Shown: positions 51,235 through 62,243, numbered from the stretch's first letter. The stretch: DNA of 64,000 nt from Candidatus Micrarchaeota archaeon (GCA_021803425.1 JAJZLN010000020.1:3924-67923); one strand, 5' to 3'. Notes: generated by a model from the letters alone, not told the origin. Numbers and translations: made by a program.

Positions 51235-53988
51235 ATGACTCCTTACGAATTGTTCCTCACAAGATTCAAAGATTTTACAGAGGTGCAGAAACTTGTTATA
51301 GGCCCGCTTGAGGAGGGCTCGAACTGCATGATAACCGCACCGACAGGAAGCGGGAAGACCGAGGCGGCGTTATTGCCCGTATTCAACAGGATTGTAAAAT
51401 CAAAATCAAATGGAGGTATAATTGCAATATACATAACCCCTCTTCGGGCGCTTAACAGGGACCTGATAAAAAGACTGGAGTGGATGGGATCGGAGCTGGG
51501 GATAGCGTTTGCGGTAAGGCATGGGGACACCTCACAGAGCGAAAGAAGGAAGCAGTCAAAATCCCCACCGCAGCTGCTCATAACTACGCCGGAGACGATA
51601 CAAAACATACTGCTGTCGAAGCGACTGCGGAGCTCGCTGAAAAACCTGAAGACGGTGATAGTAGATGAACTGCACGAATTATATTGCAACAAGAGGGGCG
51701 CGCAGCTCTCGGTGGCCCTTGAAAGGATCGAGGAGCTTTCAGGAGAATACCAGAGGATAGGTATCAGCGCCACCATAGGCGACCTTGATGAGGCATCCAG
51801 ATTCATGTTCGGGGCGCGCAAATTCAAAATAATATCGTCGAAAATAGAAAAGAAGCTGGACATAGACATAGAGATGCCGACCAAGCCTCCTGCGGATGAC
51901 AAGGAGTTCAGGATGCAGTTTGGGCTTGACGTGAAAGCCTATGCAAGGCTTATGAGGGTAGGAGAGCTCATAAGGGATTCAAAAGCTACTCTTGTATTCG
52001 CCAATACGCGGCAGGCAGTGGAATCTGTTGGGAGCAAGCTCTTATACATGAACAAAAGTCACGGATTCGGGAGCATAGGGATACACCACGGCTCCATAGA
52101 CAAGAATGAGAGGGTTGTGACGGAGAACATGTTTAAGTCCGGATCAATCAAGGCACTCATAGCCACAAGCTCGCTTGAGCTCGGAATAGATATAGGGCAG
52201 ATAGACCTTGTAGTGCAATACGGATCTCCAAGGCAGGCTGCAAGGCTTGTGCAAAGAGTTGGAAGGGGAGGGCATAGCCTTGACAAATTATCCAGAGGAA
52301 AGGTAATAACACATGATGAGCTTGACTGTCTTGAAGCTGCGGCTGTAGCAGAATCTGCGCTGTCGATGAAACTTGAAAAGAACCCGGTGGAGAAGAACGC
52401 TCTTGGAGTTCTTGCAAACCAGATATGCGCAATGTCACTGGAGTACGGCAGCATGGAACTCGGTGCGATGGCCGCGATAATACGCAGATCCTATGTCTAC
52501 GAGAGTCTGACGGATACGGAACTCGGCAGGGTGCTGAAGCTCGCTTCAGAATTGAAGCTGATAAGACATGACGGTTCCAAAATCTACGCGGGACCCAGGG
52601 CTAGAAAATATTTCATAGGAGCGATAAGCGTGATACCGGACACGGTAAAATTTGTTGTGAAAGACGCAATGGAGAATAAGATAATATCCACTCTTGATGA
52701 AGAATTCGTGTCCAATTATATTGAAGAGGGATCGGTATTCATAACCAAGGGGCTGCCATGGAAGACCATAAGCGTAGAGGAAAATATGATACTGGTTGAA
52801 TCGTGCGACGATGTAAGCGCGTCGGTTCCGGACTGGGACGGCGAGGACATACCGGTATCGATGAAGATAGCGGAAAAGGTGTGGTCATATCTCAGCCATG
52901 ATGCAAATATGGAAAAGCCGGGCTTGGAGAGGAATGCTGCGGAGGCTGTATCAAGATTCATAAAATCGAACAGGAATTATTTCATACCAAGTGAGGACAG
53001 GGTGCAGATAGAGGAGTTGGAGAACTCCGATATAGCGTACCTGCCTTTGGGCAAGAAAGCGAACGAATTTTTGGCACGGTGCCTTTCGATAATTGCATCG
53101 TCGTACGCAGGCGGAAAGGTGAATGCGAAGGCAACGCCTTATTCCGTAATACTGGATTACAGCGACGTTGTGAAAAGGCCGGACGCAAGGAGCATATTCG
53201 ATGCCCTGAAAAACATGGACGTTGAAGGAAGATATTTTATCTCGGATTCTGACATTTTCAGGTATAAATTCATACAGTCGGCGAGGCTCTTCGGCGCCAT
53301 TGACAAAGGAGCAACTGTCACAAGGAGCATGGCAAACCGCATAATAGAGTTTTATGCGGACTCTCCGATATCGGACGAGACGTTTAGGGACCTTTACAAG
53401 AACTATTTCGACATCGACGTGGTAAAGGCATTTATGGGAAAACTCAGGGAAGGGAGGATTTCCGTGGAGATATGCAAAAAAAGCCGGTCGCCAGTAGCGA
53501 TGCTCATGCTGAATTCAGTTTACAAGTACGGGGAGCTGCTGTCAAATCAGGGGGGCGATAGGATAGCGGAAAGGATGTTTGAAAAATTCGAAGGACGCAG
53601 TGTTAAGATGCTCTGCACATATTGCTCTCATGTATTTAATGAAAAGATTGCACTTGACAGGGAGGCCAAAATATACTGCCACTCATGCAGAAGCCCGATG
53701 ATAGTTAATTATGATGAAAAATATGAAGCGCTTGTAAGGAAAAGGATATCCGGCAAGACGATGAACAGAAATGATGCAGATTTGTATAAAAGGATGATGC
53801 GTGAAGTGGGCCTTGTCGACGCTTACGGAGGGAGGGCAATAGCGGCATTGTCTGTATACGGCATCGGGATTGAAACTGCTGCAAGATTGCTGAAGTACAT
53901 AAGAAGCGATTACAGGTTGTTCTTTGCGGACATAACAGAAGCGCAGAAAAATTTCATAAAAAACAAGAAATTCTGGAAGATCGACTGA
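51235..53988 (+). CDS. Lhr-family SF2 ATP-dependent helicase (paralog 2) with C-terminal zinc-ribbon region
   Basis: 917 aa with motif I APTGSGKT, motif II VVDELHEL and motif VI QRVGRGGH. C-terminal CTYCSHV...CHSCRSP. Confidence 0.9.
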   Translation: MTPYELFLTRFKDFTEVQKLVIGPLEEGSNCMITAPTGSGKTEAALLPVFNRIVKSKSNGGIIAIYITPLRALNRDLIKRLEWMGSELGIAFAVRHGDTSQSERRKQSKSPPQLLITTPETIQNILLSKRLRSSLKNLKTVIVDELHELYCNKRGAQLSVALERIEELSGEYQRIGISATIGDLDEASRFMFGARKFKIISSKIEKKLDIDIEMPTKPPADDKEFRMQFGLDVKAYARLMRVGELIRDSKATLVFANTRQAVESVGSKLLYMNKSHGFGSIGIHHGSIDKNERVVTENMFKSGSIKALIATSSLELGIDIGQIDLVVQYGSPRQAARLVQRVGRGGHSLDKLSRGKVITHDELDCLEAAAVAESALSMKLEKNPVEKNALGVLANQICAMSLEYGSMELGAMAAIIRRSYVYESLTDTELGRVLKLASELKLIRHDGSKIYAGPRARKYFIGAISVIPDTVKFVVKDAMENKIISTLDEEFVSNYIEEGSVFITKGLPWKTISVEENMILVESCDDVSASVPDWDGEDIPVSMKIAEKVWSYLSHDANMEKPGLERNAAEAVSRFIKSNRNYFIPSEDRVQIEELENSDIAYLPLGKKANEFLARCLSIIASSYAGGKVNAKATPYSVILDYSDVVKRPDARSIFDALKNMDVEGRYFISDSDIFRYKFIQSARLFGAIDKGATVTRSMANRIIEFYADSPISDETFRDLYKNYFDIDVVKAFMGKLREGRISVEICKKSRSPVAMLMLNSVYKYGELLSNQGGDRIAERMFEKFEGRSVKMLCTYCSHVFNEKIALDREAKIYCHSCRSPMIVNYDEKYEALVRKRISGKTMNRNDADLYKRMMREVGLVDAYGGRAIAALSVYGIGIETAARLLKYIRSDYRLFFADITEAQKNFIKNKKFWKID

Positions 53989-53993
53989 TATCC

Positions 53994-56399
53994 CTACTGC
54001 GCTTCGTCAAGCACTATCGCGTCTACTATCTGAGTGCCAGGGCCGAGGTGCATCAGCCTTACGCCGCTTGCAGCCCTTCCGGTGACCCTGATCTCGTTTG
54101 TGGGAAATGTGATTGATATGCCCATGGAATTAATGAGCACCACATTCTCGGGCCCTTTTATAAACAACGATTTTACTACGTTGCCCGTCTTTTCGTTTAC
54201 CCTGAGGTTAATGACTCCCCCTCCGCCTCTCTTCTGTTCCCTGTATTCGCTCGCTTCTGTTATTTTACCATATCCTTTCTCTGTGACTGCAAGGATGCTG
54301 CCTGACTCATTCGTAGATATTATGTTGCTTGAGGAGTCTCCTTCGTGAAGCCTTATGCCCCTGACGCCCATGGCATTCCTTCCGGTGTACCTGAGATCTG
54401 ATTCCTTGAACTTTATGGACTTGCCCTTCTTCGTAGATATTATAAGGTATTTTTCATTGGAGCATACTATCACGTCCTCGATCCTGTCATCTTCAACGAG
54501 ATTTAGTGCACGTATGCCATTTGACCTTGGCTTTGAAAACAGCTCGGCTCTTACTTTCTTCACCATGCCTTTTGATGTAAGGAAAATCAGTTTCGAATTT
54601 GAGAAAACGCCGACATTCAGTATATTAATTATCTTTTCTTCCTTTACATCTACAAGATTAACTATCGCCTTGCCTTCCGAATACCTCCCGCCTTCTGGTA
54701 TATTATACGCCTTGACCCAATACGCCCTGCCTTTGTTTGTTATGCCTATGATAAAATCCTTGTTGTTGCATGTGAGCACCTGCTTCACATAGTCGCCTTC
54801 CTTAAGATTTATTGATATTATTCCCTTGCCTCCCCTGCCCTGCTCCTTATAGTTGCTTATCGCAAGCCTCTTCACATAGCCACTGTTTGTGAGTATTACG
54901 GTTACCTTTTCGTTGCTTATCATATCCTCGTCAAGGATCTTATCTTCTTCCTCTGAAAATACTATTTCCGTCCTTCTTGGGGTGCCGAATCTTTTTTTGA
55001 TATCGGCAGTCTCTTCCTTTATTATGTTATTTATCGCCTGCGGGCTCCCTATCACCTCTGAGTAATATTTTATGCTCTTTGCAAGCTCGTCCTTCTCTGC
55101 TGCAAGCGTGTTGTTTTCAAGATGAGTAAGCCTGCTCAGCTTCATCTCCAGTATTGCATTGGACTGCTTCTCTGAAAGCCCGAATCCGGTGATGAGCTTC
55201 TGCCGTGCTTCGCCTATTTCAGAGCTTGATTTTATCATTGAAATTATGCGGTCTATGTTTTCTATGGCTATAAGCAGCCCTTCAACTATATGTAGCCTGT
55301 TCTTTGCAATCTCAAGCTCGTACCTGCTCCTCCTGAGAATTACCTCGACCCTATGCGCCAGAAAAGTATCCATTATCTGGAGAAGATTCAGGCTCTTGAG
55401 GCTCTTGCCTATCACTGCAAGATTTATCAAGGGGAACGTCACCTGCAGCTGCGTATACTTATAGAGCATGTTTAGGATCTGTTCTCCGCTGCTGCCTTCC
55501 CTAAAGTCTATGATTATCCTTATTCCCTGTTTGTCGCTTTCATCCCTTATGTCTTTTAGACCTACAATCTTTTTGTCCTTGGCGAGCTCTGCCATGGTCT
55601 GCATCAGGGTCGACTTGTTGACATTATACGGTATCTCAGTTATTATTATCCTTCTATTCTTCTCGTCGGTAGCCGCCTTTGCCTTGATTGTCAGCTGGCC
55701 CCGCCCGTATTTATACCCGTTATAGGCATTCTGCGACATCACGGCAATGCCTCCAGTAGGAAAGTCTGGGCCCTGTATTATCTTAAGAAGATCTTCAGCC
55801 GTGCATCCCTGATTGTCTATTTTATGTATAATTGCATCGCATATCTCGGAAAGATTATGTGGAGGCATGCTCGTTGCGACCCCGACAGCTATGCCCATTG
55901 CTCCGTTGACAAGCAAATTGGGTATCTTTGACGGCATCACTACAGGCTCGCTTTCGGTGTTATCGAAATTAGGGATGAAATCGACCGTACCTTTGTCCAA
56001 GTCATCAAGCATCGCTTCGGCAAACTTCGTAAGCCTCACTTCAGTATACCTTTGCGCCGCTGGCGGATCCCCATCTATTGATCCCATATTTCCCTGGCCT
56101 TCCACAAGAAGATTGCGCATCGAAAAATCCTGCGCCATGCGCACCAATGCGTCATATACGGCCATGTCGCCATGCGGATGATATTTTCCGAGAGTTTCTC
56201 CGACGATCCTCGCGCTTTTCTTGGTTGGCTGATCATGCGTATTTTTGAGCCCGTGCATTGCATACAGTATCCTTCTCTGGACGGGCTTCAAGCCGTCCCT
56301 TGCGTCGGGTATTGCCCTGCTTATTATGACGCTCATTGCATAGGCTATGTAACTTGACTGGAGCTCTTCTTCAAGTGAAATTGGAAATATTTCTTGCAT
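53994..56399 (-). CDS. gyrA: DNA gyrase subunit A
   Basis: 801 aa with [14 protein letters not shown], the active-site region [10 protein letters not shown], and C-terminal beta-pinwheel repeats. No intein is evident. Confidence 0.95.
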   Translation of the reverse strand: MQEIFPISLEEELQSSYIAYAMSVIISRAIPDARDGLKPVQRRILYAMHGLKNTHDQPTKKSARIVGETLGKYHPHGDMAVYDALVRMAQDFSMRNLLVEGQGNMGSIDGDPPAAQRYTEVRLTKFAEAMLDDLDKGTVDFIPNFDNTESEPVVMPSKIPNLLVNGAMGIAVGVATSMPPHNLSEICDAIIHKIDNQGCTAEDLLKIIQGPDFPTGGIAVMSQNAYNGYKYGRGQLTIKAKAATDEKNRRIIITEIPYNVNKSTLMQTMAELAKDKKIVGLKDIRDESDKQGIRIIIDFREGSSGEQILNMLYKYTQLQVTFPLINLAVIGKSLKSLNLLQIMDTFLAHRVEVILRRSRYELEIAKNRLHIVEGLLIAIENIDRIISMIKSSSEIGEARQKLITGFGLSEKQSNAILEMKLSRLTHLENNTLAAEKDELAKSIKYYSEVIGSPQAINNIIKEETADIKKRFGTPRRTEIVFSEEEDKILDEDMISNEKVTVILTNSGYVKRLAISNYKEQGRGGKGIISINLKEGDYVKQVLTCNNKDFIIGITNKGRAYWVKAYNIPEGGRYSEGKAIVNLVDVKEEKIINILNVGVFSNSKLIFLTSKGMVKKVRAELFSKPRSNGIRALNLVEDDRIEDVIVCSNEKYLIISTKKGKSIKFKESDLRYTGRNAMGVRGIRLHEGDSSSNIISTNESGSILAVTEKGYGKITEASEYREQKRGGGGVINLRVNEKTGNVVKSLFIKGPENVVLINSMGISITFPTNEIRVTGRAASGVRLMHLGPGTQIVDAIVLDEAQ

Positions 56400-56416
56400 A
56401 TTAGTGCCCCATTATT

Positions 56417-58330
56417 TCATATATCGAGGGATTTGACCTGTTCCGCATGCTCGTGCAGGAATTTTCGCCTTGGAAGGACTTCTATGCCCATGAGTATCTT
56501 GAATAATTCCTCCGCCCTCTGGGAGTCGGATATTGTTATTTTCTTTAACCTCCTGTTTTCCGGATTCATTGTCGTTTCCCAGAGCTGCGTCTCGTTCATT
56601 TCTCCAAGGCCCTTATATCTTTGCAGGCTGTCCAGCTCGCCTAGTTCGGCGCGCTTCAGTTCGAGATCCTCATCGCTGTAGCAATAATATGTGGACTTGC
56701 CTTTCGTAATCTTGTAAAGCGGCGGCATTGCTGCATACACATTTCCGTTCTCTATTATTTTCTTCATGTACCTGTAGAAAAACGTGAGCAGGAGGGTGCG
56801 TATATGGCTGCCATCAACATCCGCATCTGTCATTATTATTATCTTATTGTACCTGAGGCCTTCTATATTGAATGACTCGTTTATACCAGTGCCGAACGCC
56901 GTTATCAGGGTCTTGATCTCGGCATTGTCGAATATCTTTTCAAGGCTGGCTTTTTCCACATTAAGTATCTTTCCTCTTAATGGCAATATGGCCTGCGTAT
57001 TTTTATCGCGGCCCTGCTTGCTTGAGCCGCCTGCGCTCTGCCCTTCCACTATGAAAAGCTCTGCTTTCTCAGGATCATCTATTATGCAGTCCGCAAGCTT
57101 GCCCGGAAGAACCGCGCTGTCGAATATTGATTTCTTCCTTGCCATCTCCCTCGCTTTTTTTGCGCTCTCCCTGGCATTCGCAGCAGACATTATCTTTTCA
57201 ACTATTGATCTCGATTCCTGTGGGTGCTCTTCCAAGTACCTTGAAAGAAAAGAATATACAATTCCCTCGACAGCGCTTTTTACGTAAACATTGCCAAGTT
57301 TGCCTTTCGTCTGCCCCTCGAATTCAGGATTCTGCATTAAAATGCTCAGCACTGCAGTAAGCCCCTCCCTAGTATCCTCGCCGGTTATCCTGACTTGTGA
57401 TTTTGAGTTCATCTTATTCTTGTCGATATAATTTAATATCGCCCTAGTAACTGCGGCATGGAATCCTGTAAGGTGCGTGCCGCCTTCCCAGGTCTTTATG
57501 TTGTTCACGAACGCCTCGGTCTTCTCTTCGTATGAGTCAGTATACTGGATCGCAAATTCGATCATCATGTTGTCTGCCTGTTTCTTTGAATGCATCACTT
57601 CGGTTATCGGAGTGGCTTCTTTGTTTATGAATTTTATGAAATCGCGGATGCCGTTGGCTGACTCGAATGTTTCTTCTTCATGCGCCCCAAATCTGTCATC
57701 AACAAATATTATTTTAAGTCCAGGATTGAGGAAGGAAGTGTATCTTATCCTATCCTTCAGCAATGTGGAATCGAATGTAGACACGCTGAAAATCTCGTTG
57801 TCCGGCTTAAATCTGATTGTGGTGCCGGTCTCTTGCGAATCTCCTACAATCTCAAGACCGGATGACGGAAGACCTTTGCTGAAGCTCTGTTTGTACACAT
57901 GTCCATGCTTTCTCACCGTAACCTCAGTATACTTGGATAGGGCATTGACTACCGTAAGGCCCACGCCATGTAGGCCTCCTGACACTTTGTATACATCATT
58001 ATTGAATTTGGCTCCTTTATGGAGGGTTGTCATTATCACCTCCAAAGCGCTCTTTTGGTACTTGTCCATCATGCCGACGGGGATGCCCCTGCCATCGTCG
58101 CTGACTTCGGCAATGTCGCCGTCAGCATCCTGAAAAAGAGACACCTTTATTGTCTTGCAAAAGCCTGCTGCAGCTTCATCAACTGCATTATCTATTATTT
58201 CATAGAGAAGATGTATCACTCCTGAAGCTCCGGTGGAGCCGATATACATTGACGGTCTTTTCCTTATGCCCTGCGCACCTTCAAGCACTATGATTTTTGA
58301 GGCGTTATATTCGTCAGTCTCGGTTTCCAT
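56417..58330 (-). CDS. gyrB: DNA gyrase subunit B
   Basis: 637 aa with GLHHLVYEIIDN-like VIHLLYEIIDNAVDE, GGLHGVG, Toprim EGQSAGGS and MTDADVDGSHI. Confidence 0.95.
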   Translation of the reverse strand: METETDEYNASKIIVLEGAQGIRKRPSMYIGSTGASGVIHLLYEIIDNAVDEAAAGFCKTIKVSLFQDADGDIAEVSDDGRGIPVGMMDKYQKSALEVIMTTLHKGAKFNNDVYKVSGGLHGVGLTVVNALSKYTEVTVRKHGHVYKQSFSKGLPSSGLEIVGDSQETGTTIRFKPDNEIFSVSTFDSTLLKDRIRYTSFLNPGLKIIFVDDRFGAHEEETFESANGIRDFIKFINKEATPITEVMHSKKQADNMMIEFAIQYTDSYEEKTEAFVNNIKTWEGGTHLTGFHAAVTRAILNYIDKNKMNSKSQVRITGEDTREGLTAVLSILMQNPEFEGQTKGKLGNVYVKSAVEGIVYSFLSRYLEEHPQESRSIVEKIMSAANARESAKKAREMARKKSIFDSAVLPGKLADCIIDDPEKAELFIVEGQSAGGSSKQGRDKNTQAILPLRGKILNVEKASLEKIFDNAEIKTLITAFGTGINESFNIEGLRYNKIIIMTDADVDGSHIRTLLLTFFYRYMKKIIENGNVYAAMPPLYKITKGKSTYYCYSDEDLELKRAELGELDSLQRYKGLGEMNETQLWETTMNPENRRLKKITISDSQRAEELFKILMGIEVLPRRKFLHEHAEQVKSLDI

Positions 58331-58452
58331 GTAAATCGTTGTAAATAGTCATTATACCTGTGTTTTAAAGAAATATAAACCTTCTCGGGCAGATTTGTCG
58401 TCGCAAATATTACGACGATAGAGTGCGGTTGGTAACCTAAATAATAGTTTCT

Positions 58453-59811
58453 GTGCATATATTAAAATGCATTGTAGTGAGGGCTGTGGAGAAGGAAAAA
58501 ATCATAATAATAGGTGCTGCAGGAAGGGACTTCCATACATTTAACGTATTATTTAGGGGGGATGCAGAAAAGGAGGTTGTGGCTTTTACCGCAGCGCAAA
58601 TACCGTACATATCAGACAGGATATATCCTCCGGAGCTAAGTGGAAAATTTTATCCTGAAGGCATAAAGATATATGATGAAAAGGAGCTTGCGCATCTGAT
58701 AAAGAAGAATAAGGTTGAAAAATCTGTTTTGGCGTACAGCGACCTCCCTTACCAAACAGTGATGGAAAAGGCAAGCCTAGTTAATTCCCTAGGTTCTGAC
58801 TTTGAGCTTATCGCACAGGAAAAAACCATGATAAAATCGACAAAGCCCGTAATAGGAATATGCGGAGTCAGAACTGGAGTGGGCAAAAGCCAGACAGCGC
58901 GATACGTATCGAAACTTGTGAAGAAATCCGGGTTAAATGCAGTAATAATAAGGCACCCCATGCCGTATGGGGTGTTGAAAGAGCAGATAGTGCAGAAATT
59001 CACAAAACTCTCCGACCTTGACAAGTATAATACTACGATAGAGGAAAGGGAGGACTACGAACCCCATATAAAAAACGGGTTCACGTTATTTGCGGGCGTA
59101 GATTATGAAAGGATACTAAGGATGGCCGAAAAAGAGGCCGATTTGATAATATGGGATGGCGGTAACAACGATGCACCATTCATAAAAACGGATCTCCTCA
59201 TAGTAGTTGCGGATCCGTTAAGGGCCGGGAACGAACTTACGTATTATCCCGGAGCCACTGTGGCCAGAATGGCGGATATGCTGCTGATAAACAAGGTAAA
59301 TTCTGCAAAACCAGAGGATGTTGAAAGAGTAAATGCCGCATTGAACAGCATAAATGGAAGGGCGGATATAGTGCTCTGTGATTCTATAATAAGCGTGGAC
59401 AATCCGCGGATAATAAAAAACAGCAGGGCGCTTCTTGTCGAAGACGGCCCCACCATAACCCATGGAAACATGAAATTTGGAGCGGCTACCATAGCCGCAG
59501 AGCAATATGGGGCATCTTCCATAGTAAACGCAAAGAAATATGCCGTGGGCACGATAAAAGACACCTTTTTGAAATATCCGTCACTGGATGCGGAGCTGCC
59601 AGCCATGGGCTACAGCGTAAAACAGATAAAAGACCTTGAAGCGACAGTGAATGCGGCGGATTGCGACATAGTGATATCGGCGACTCCGACAGACCTCAGA
59701 AGACTGATAAACGTTGACAAGCCGATAGTGCAGGTATATTATGAACTTTCGCCGAAAAGCGCGGCGCTTGACAGGAAAATAGAAGGATTTATAAAAAAGG
59801 CAAAGAAATAA
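58453..59811 (+). CDS. COG2403-family P-loop protein (annotated in databases as GTPase or cyclic 2,3-diphosphoglycerate synthetase-like)
   Basis: 452 aa with IIIIGAAGRDFHTFN, the P-loop ICGVRTGVGKSQT, IRHPMPYG and IIWDGGNND. Confidence 0.7.
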   Translation: MHILKCIVVRAVEKEKIIIIGAAGRDFHTFNVLFRGDAEKEVVAFTAAQIPYISDRIYPPELSGKFYPEGIKIYDEKELAHLIKKNKVEKSVLAYSDLPYQTVMEKASLVNSLGSDFELIAQEKTMIKSTKPVIGICGVRTGVGKSQTARYVSKLVKKSGLNAVIIRHPMPYGVLKEQIVQKFTKLSDLDKYNTTIEEREDYEPHIKNGFTLFAGVDYERILRMAEKEADLIIWDGGNNDAPFIKTDLLIVVADPLRAGNELTYYPGATVARMADMLLINKVNSAKPEDVERVNAALNSINGRADIVLCDSIISVDNPRIIKNSRALLVEDGPTITHGNMKFGAATIAAEQYGASSIVNAKKYAVGTIKDTFLKYPSLDAELPAMGYSVKQIKDLEATVNAADCDIVISATPTDLRRLINVDKPIVQVYYELSPKSAALDRKIEGFIKKAKK

Positions 59812-59831
59812 TATTGTGCCACAGTACTTAT

Positions 59832-59906
59832 GGACCCGTAACTCAGCTTGGTCAGAGTGGCTGGCTCTTAACCAGCAAGTCGAGGGTTCAAATCCCTCCG
59901 GGTCCG
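59832..59906 (+). tRNA. tRNA-Lys (anticodon CTT), 75 nt
   Basis: Acceptor GGACCCG/CGGGTCC plus G; anticodon stem GCTGG/CCAGC with loop CTCTTAA; T arm GAGGG-TTCAAAT-CCCTC. Confidence 0.92.
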
Positions 59907-59983
59907 TTGATCTTCATTCAATGGCATACTGGCAGTAAAGCATACGAAATTAGGCATTATGCAAATATTTTTAACGGAGTGCT

Positions 59984-61231
59984 ATGTTGTTTGGATTAGG
60001 CAAAGGCAAGTCGGAAGATGTCGATATCGGAAAGGTTTCGGGGGTAGTTGGTACTTTATTCAATGAAAAAATACGGATGCTGTACGTTGCGGCATCCAAA
60101 CTGCTGGGGCAGATTGAGGATGCAAAGAATCATTTTATCAGGTCATGCGAGAGATTTGACCTGCTTTCCGCAGATCCCGATCTTGAGGACGAGTACTTTA
60201 CAAAAGCAAGCACAGTGGTGAATCAGAAAAAAGTATATGTGTCCGCACTGAAAAGGATTGTATTGGTTGACGCAGATGCCAGGCCAAACGAACCTAAAGA
60301 CTATTACTTTTACAAACGCAGGCTGGCAGAAGCGGAAGACATGATAGGCAACATTCTCAAGACAAATGCGAATTTCAGGCAGGTCGTATATTCATACTCC
60401 AGGTATCTTGAGCATTTTAAACAGGATTTCGCATACCTGGAATCCGCAGTAAAATCGCTGCGCGCCGAGATAGAGCGTATGGATCCGGATGTAAATGAAT
60501 ATGAGGCAATATTGTTTGGAGTGGATGAACTGGCTTCATTGGTTTATGAACGATACGCGCTGAATGCGGAGCAAAAAAAGCTCTCGGCGCTCCAGGAAAC
60601 CGGGAAAACAGAGGGAAGGGACAGAATATTGAAATTAATTGCTGAAAAGAAGAAAGAGATAGATGCTGCTGAAGAAAAGATGCGTGATGCAAATTCCGGA
60701 ATAATAAACACCTTAAATTCCATAAGCAAAGCTGCAAGAAGATACGATTATAGTTCCCTGAACAAGATAAAAATAGAGGATTACATAAGAGATCCGGAGA
60801 AAATGCTGGTAAAAAATGATGGTTACGGAGACATGTATTCGCAGATGAGATCGCTGTACAAGAGCGTAGAGGATGGGAGCATTGCGTTGAAGAACAGGAA
60901 CGAGGCGCTGCGGGCATTAAAATCAATACTTGACGGGAAAATTGCGGAATATCTTGGGCAGATAAAGTTGCTTGAACCAAGAATAAGCTACCTTAAGTTG
61001 GAACTAGGGGAGCTTGAATCAAATGGCAGGGAGATTGAGGCTGTTGAGAATATCAACATAGATAAGGAAAAAAGGCTATTGGAGGTTAAGAAAAGGGCTG
61101 TTGATCTGGAGAACATGCTCGAACCCAAGAAAAGAGACATTGAAACAAGAATATACGGTGCATACAAAAAGAGACTTAGCATAAAGCTTGGGGAAACTGC
61201 GAACACGGTTACCCCATTCCAAAAGGATTGA
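59984..61231 (+). CDS. Hypothetical long coiled-coil protein
   Basis: 415 aa. Almost entirely helical, charged heptad-like sequence. The N-terminus is MLFGLGKGKSEDVDIGK. No enzymatic motif recognised. Confidence 0.6.
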   Translation: MLFGLGKGKSEDVDIGKVSGVVGTLFNEKIRMLYVAASKLLGQIEDAKNHFIRSCERFDLLSADPDLEDEYFTKASTVVNQKKVYVSALKRIVLVDADARPNEPKDYYFYKRRLAEAEDMIGNILKTNANFRQVVYSYSRYLEHFKQDFAYLESAVKSLRAEIERMDPDVNEYEAILFGVDELASLVYERYALNAEQKKLSALQETGKTEGRDRILKLIAEKKKEIDAAEEKMRDANSGIINTLNSISKAARRYDYSSLNKIKIEDYIRDPEKMLVKNDGYGDMYSQMRSLYKSVEDGSIALKNRNEALRALKSILDGKIAEYLGQIKLLEPRISYLKLELGELESNGREIEAVENINIDKEKRLLEVKKRAVDLENMLEPKKRDIETRIYGAYKKRLSIKLGETANTVTPFQKD

Positions 61232-61426
61232 ACCAGGAAAGCTGCCGGCAGGAGCGAATTTGCCCGAAATACAAACCAGCATTATGCGGTTGCCCCATAC
61301 TATGGTTCGATGTGGCCCTATGTTGTCGTTGTAAAGGTATCAGAACAACAGCGATAATTGTAATAATGGTAAAAATAAAAAGCTTATATATGAGTTATGC
61401 TGTAATACTACCACAACACGGATAAG

Positions 61427-62158
61427 GTGGATATCTTGCAATCAAAAAGTAAAAAGCGCGTATTGAAGGGAAAAGAGCACAAGAGGGCAGGCAAACATGC
61501 GAATAATAAAGCGAGACTTGCTGCAGGAAGGCATTTGAAAAAGCATGCGGCAAAGAAATCCAGCCACAGGTCGCCTAGCAGAACAAGAGAAAAATATAAT
61601 GCTTTTTTGGGAAAACAGAGGGAAGAGGCCTCACGGCGCGAAGAAATGCTTTCTAATATAAGCAAGATAAGCAACAGCGTGGAGAATAAGATGCTGTTGA
61701 AGTATATAAGCACGAATGTGGGCAGCAGATCCGGAGATATTTTGAGGGCGTTGATAAAAGAACCTAAAACTGACGATGACATAGCAAACATATTGTCGGT
61801 AAAAGTTAATGATGTAAGGAGAATGCTGAACGTGATGAACGGCTACAGCATAGTGAAATACGAAGTGAACAAGGACAGCAAAGGGTGGCTGGTGTTTAAA
61901 TGGAGGATAGATAGGGAGAGGCTTGAGGACTTTGTTGGAGAGCTTGAAAAAGTCCCGCTGCAAGAGGACAGGCAACTTCCCAGCGAATGCAACGATTTTT
62001 TCATATGCAAGAAGTGCTATCCTGAACAAAAAACGGTGCTTCCCTTTGACTCGGCTTACGAATCAGACTTCAGCTGCGGAAGCTGTGGAAAGCCCTATGC
62101 AATGTTGAATAAAGAAGAAACTATTGCTTTGTTCAACGAAACAGTAACTGAAGATTAA
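61427..62158 (+). CDS. tfe: Transcription factor E (TFE alpha) with possible Lys/Arg-rich N-terminal extension
   Basis: The winged helix is DILRALIKEPKTDDDIANILSVKVNDVRRMLNVMNGYSIVKYE..GWLVFKWRI and the zinc ribbon is FFICKKC....FSCGSCG. From ATG 61646 the protein is 170 aa, typical for TFE. The ORF track's GTG 61427 adds 73 K/R-rich residues. Confidence 0.85.
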   Translation: MDILQSKSKKRVLKGKEHKRAGKHANNKARLAAGRHLKKHAAKKSSHRSPSRTREKYNAFLGKQREEASRREEMLSNISKISNSVENKMLLKYISTNVGSRSGDILRALIKEPKTDDDIANILSVKVNDVRRMLNVMNGYSIVKYEVNKDSKGWLVFKWRIDRERLEDFVGELEKVPLQEDRQLPSECNDFFICKKCYPEQKTVLPFDSAYESDFSCGSCGKPYAMLNKEETIALFNETVTED

Positions 62159-62207
62159 TCTGCAGCGCGCTGCATGCATTATCCCGATAGTCTGCGCTAT
62201 CCGTGCT

Positions 62208-62223
62208 TTAGTTATTATATTTT
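62208..62223 (+). promoter_or_regulatory. Candidate TATA box for initiator tRNA
   Basis: TTTAGTTATTATATTT is centred about 28 nt upstream of the tRNA 5' end (62244). Confidence 0.4.
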
Positions 62224-62243
62224 CTCTTTCTTATAGATTTCGA

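Noticed and set aside
59814-59999. 61-aa ORF in the ORF track
   Set aside because: It overlaps tRNA-Lys (59832-59906) on the same strand and is an artefact of reading through a tRNA gene.
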